DNA of 6,883 nucleotides from a virus (Duplodnaviria; Heunggongvirae; Uroviricota; Caudoviricetes): IMG/VR virus record IMGVR_UViG_2713896907_000005, positions 1 to 6,883 of that record; one strand, 5' to 3'. Shown piece by piece: positions 6,497 to 6,883 of this stretch (position 1 is its first letter; each line of letters starts with the position of its first letter). The notes under the pieces were generated by a model. It saw only the letters and a program-made list of their open reading frames with translations, ran no database searches and was not told where the DNA came from. The position numbers and the translations under genes were made by a program.

Positions 6497-6769
6497 ATGT
6501 CCAGAAAAACAGAATTTAAAGGCACCGCAGCTTCTCGCCGTAGAGCTCGTCGCGCAAATCTGCAAAGTCAGGAGGCGATTAGCTCCGACAAGCTACACAG
6601 GCCAACCCCTTCACGAGTGGTCTTGCAATGCAAGCGCAAACCAGCAATGAGAGCAGAAGTTATAACTCTGACAACGTTGACCAGAAAATATGAAGGTTCA
6701 ACTTGTCTTCCGAACGTAGCTCTTTACGCGGCAGGCTACCGGAAATCAAAACAACTGACAGCGAGGTAA
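6497..6769 (+). CDS. N: N-family transcription antitermination protein (non-lambda specificity; arginine-rich N-terminal motif)
   Basis: ATG at 6497 with strong SD gggagga (6486-6492); 90 aa. N-terminal arginine-rich motif GTAASRRRARRANLQ. C-terminus ...VALYAAGYRKSKQLTAR resembles P22 gp24 / phage 21 N-type proteins as I recall them. First gene downstream of pL-nutL. The ORF-track start at 6425 is an upstream in-frame extension without an SD. Confidence 0.8.
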   Translation: MSRKTEFKGTAASRRRARRANLQSQEAISSDKLHRPTPSRVVLQCKRKPAMRAEVITLTTLTRKYEGSTCLPNVALYAAGYRKSKQLTAR

Positions 6770-6827
6770 CCTGCACTGTTCGCCAGAAAATGAAATTAGG
6801 CAGCAAACCACTTATTTGAGGTGATAT

Positions 6828-6883
6828 ATGGAAGAACAGGCAAATAAGATTCTCATAGAACTATTGCAAAAAGCCAGTAATGG
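6828..6883 (+). CDS. Hypothetical protein, 5' end only (continues beyond window end)
   Basis: ATG at 6828 preceded by tgaggtga SD (6816-6823). Open for 18 codons (MEEQANKILIELLQKASN) to the window edge. Confidence 0.35.
   Translation, partial: MEEQANKILIELLQKASN

Noticed and set aside
6223-6525. 100-aa minus-strand ORF
   Set aside because: It overlaps the OL/pL/nutL region and the start of the N-like gene on the opposite strand, and has no RBS or recognisable features. Treated as a chance ORF.

Overview
This window is the immunity and replication core of a lambdoid prophage, shown as the reverse complement of the conventional lambda map. From memory, cI, cro, O, P, ren and the OR/OL operators are near-identical to phage lambda; I could not align them here. 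Minus strand, right to left: pR, cro, nutR, a divergent cII-family gene, O (containing the ori iterons), P, ren, a tR2-like terminator, a small membrane-protein gene, ninB, and the 5' part of a Dam-like methyltransferase gene running off the left edge. Plus strand: pRM, cI, a two-gene AT-rich operon, a tImm-like terminator, OL/pL, nutL, a non-lambda N-family antiterminator, and the start of another ORF. The main finding is that two-gene operon (4548-6052): it sits exactly where lambda carries rexA-rexB, its genes overlap by ATGA, and I do not recognise either protein. I propose it as a candidate, uncharacterised prophage defence / abortive-infection or toxin-antitoxin module; the function is inferred from position and is not demonstrated. 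No tRNA, rRNA, CRISPR array or transposase was seen.
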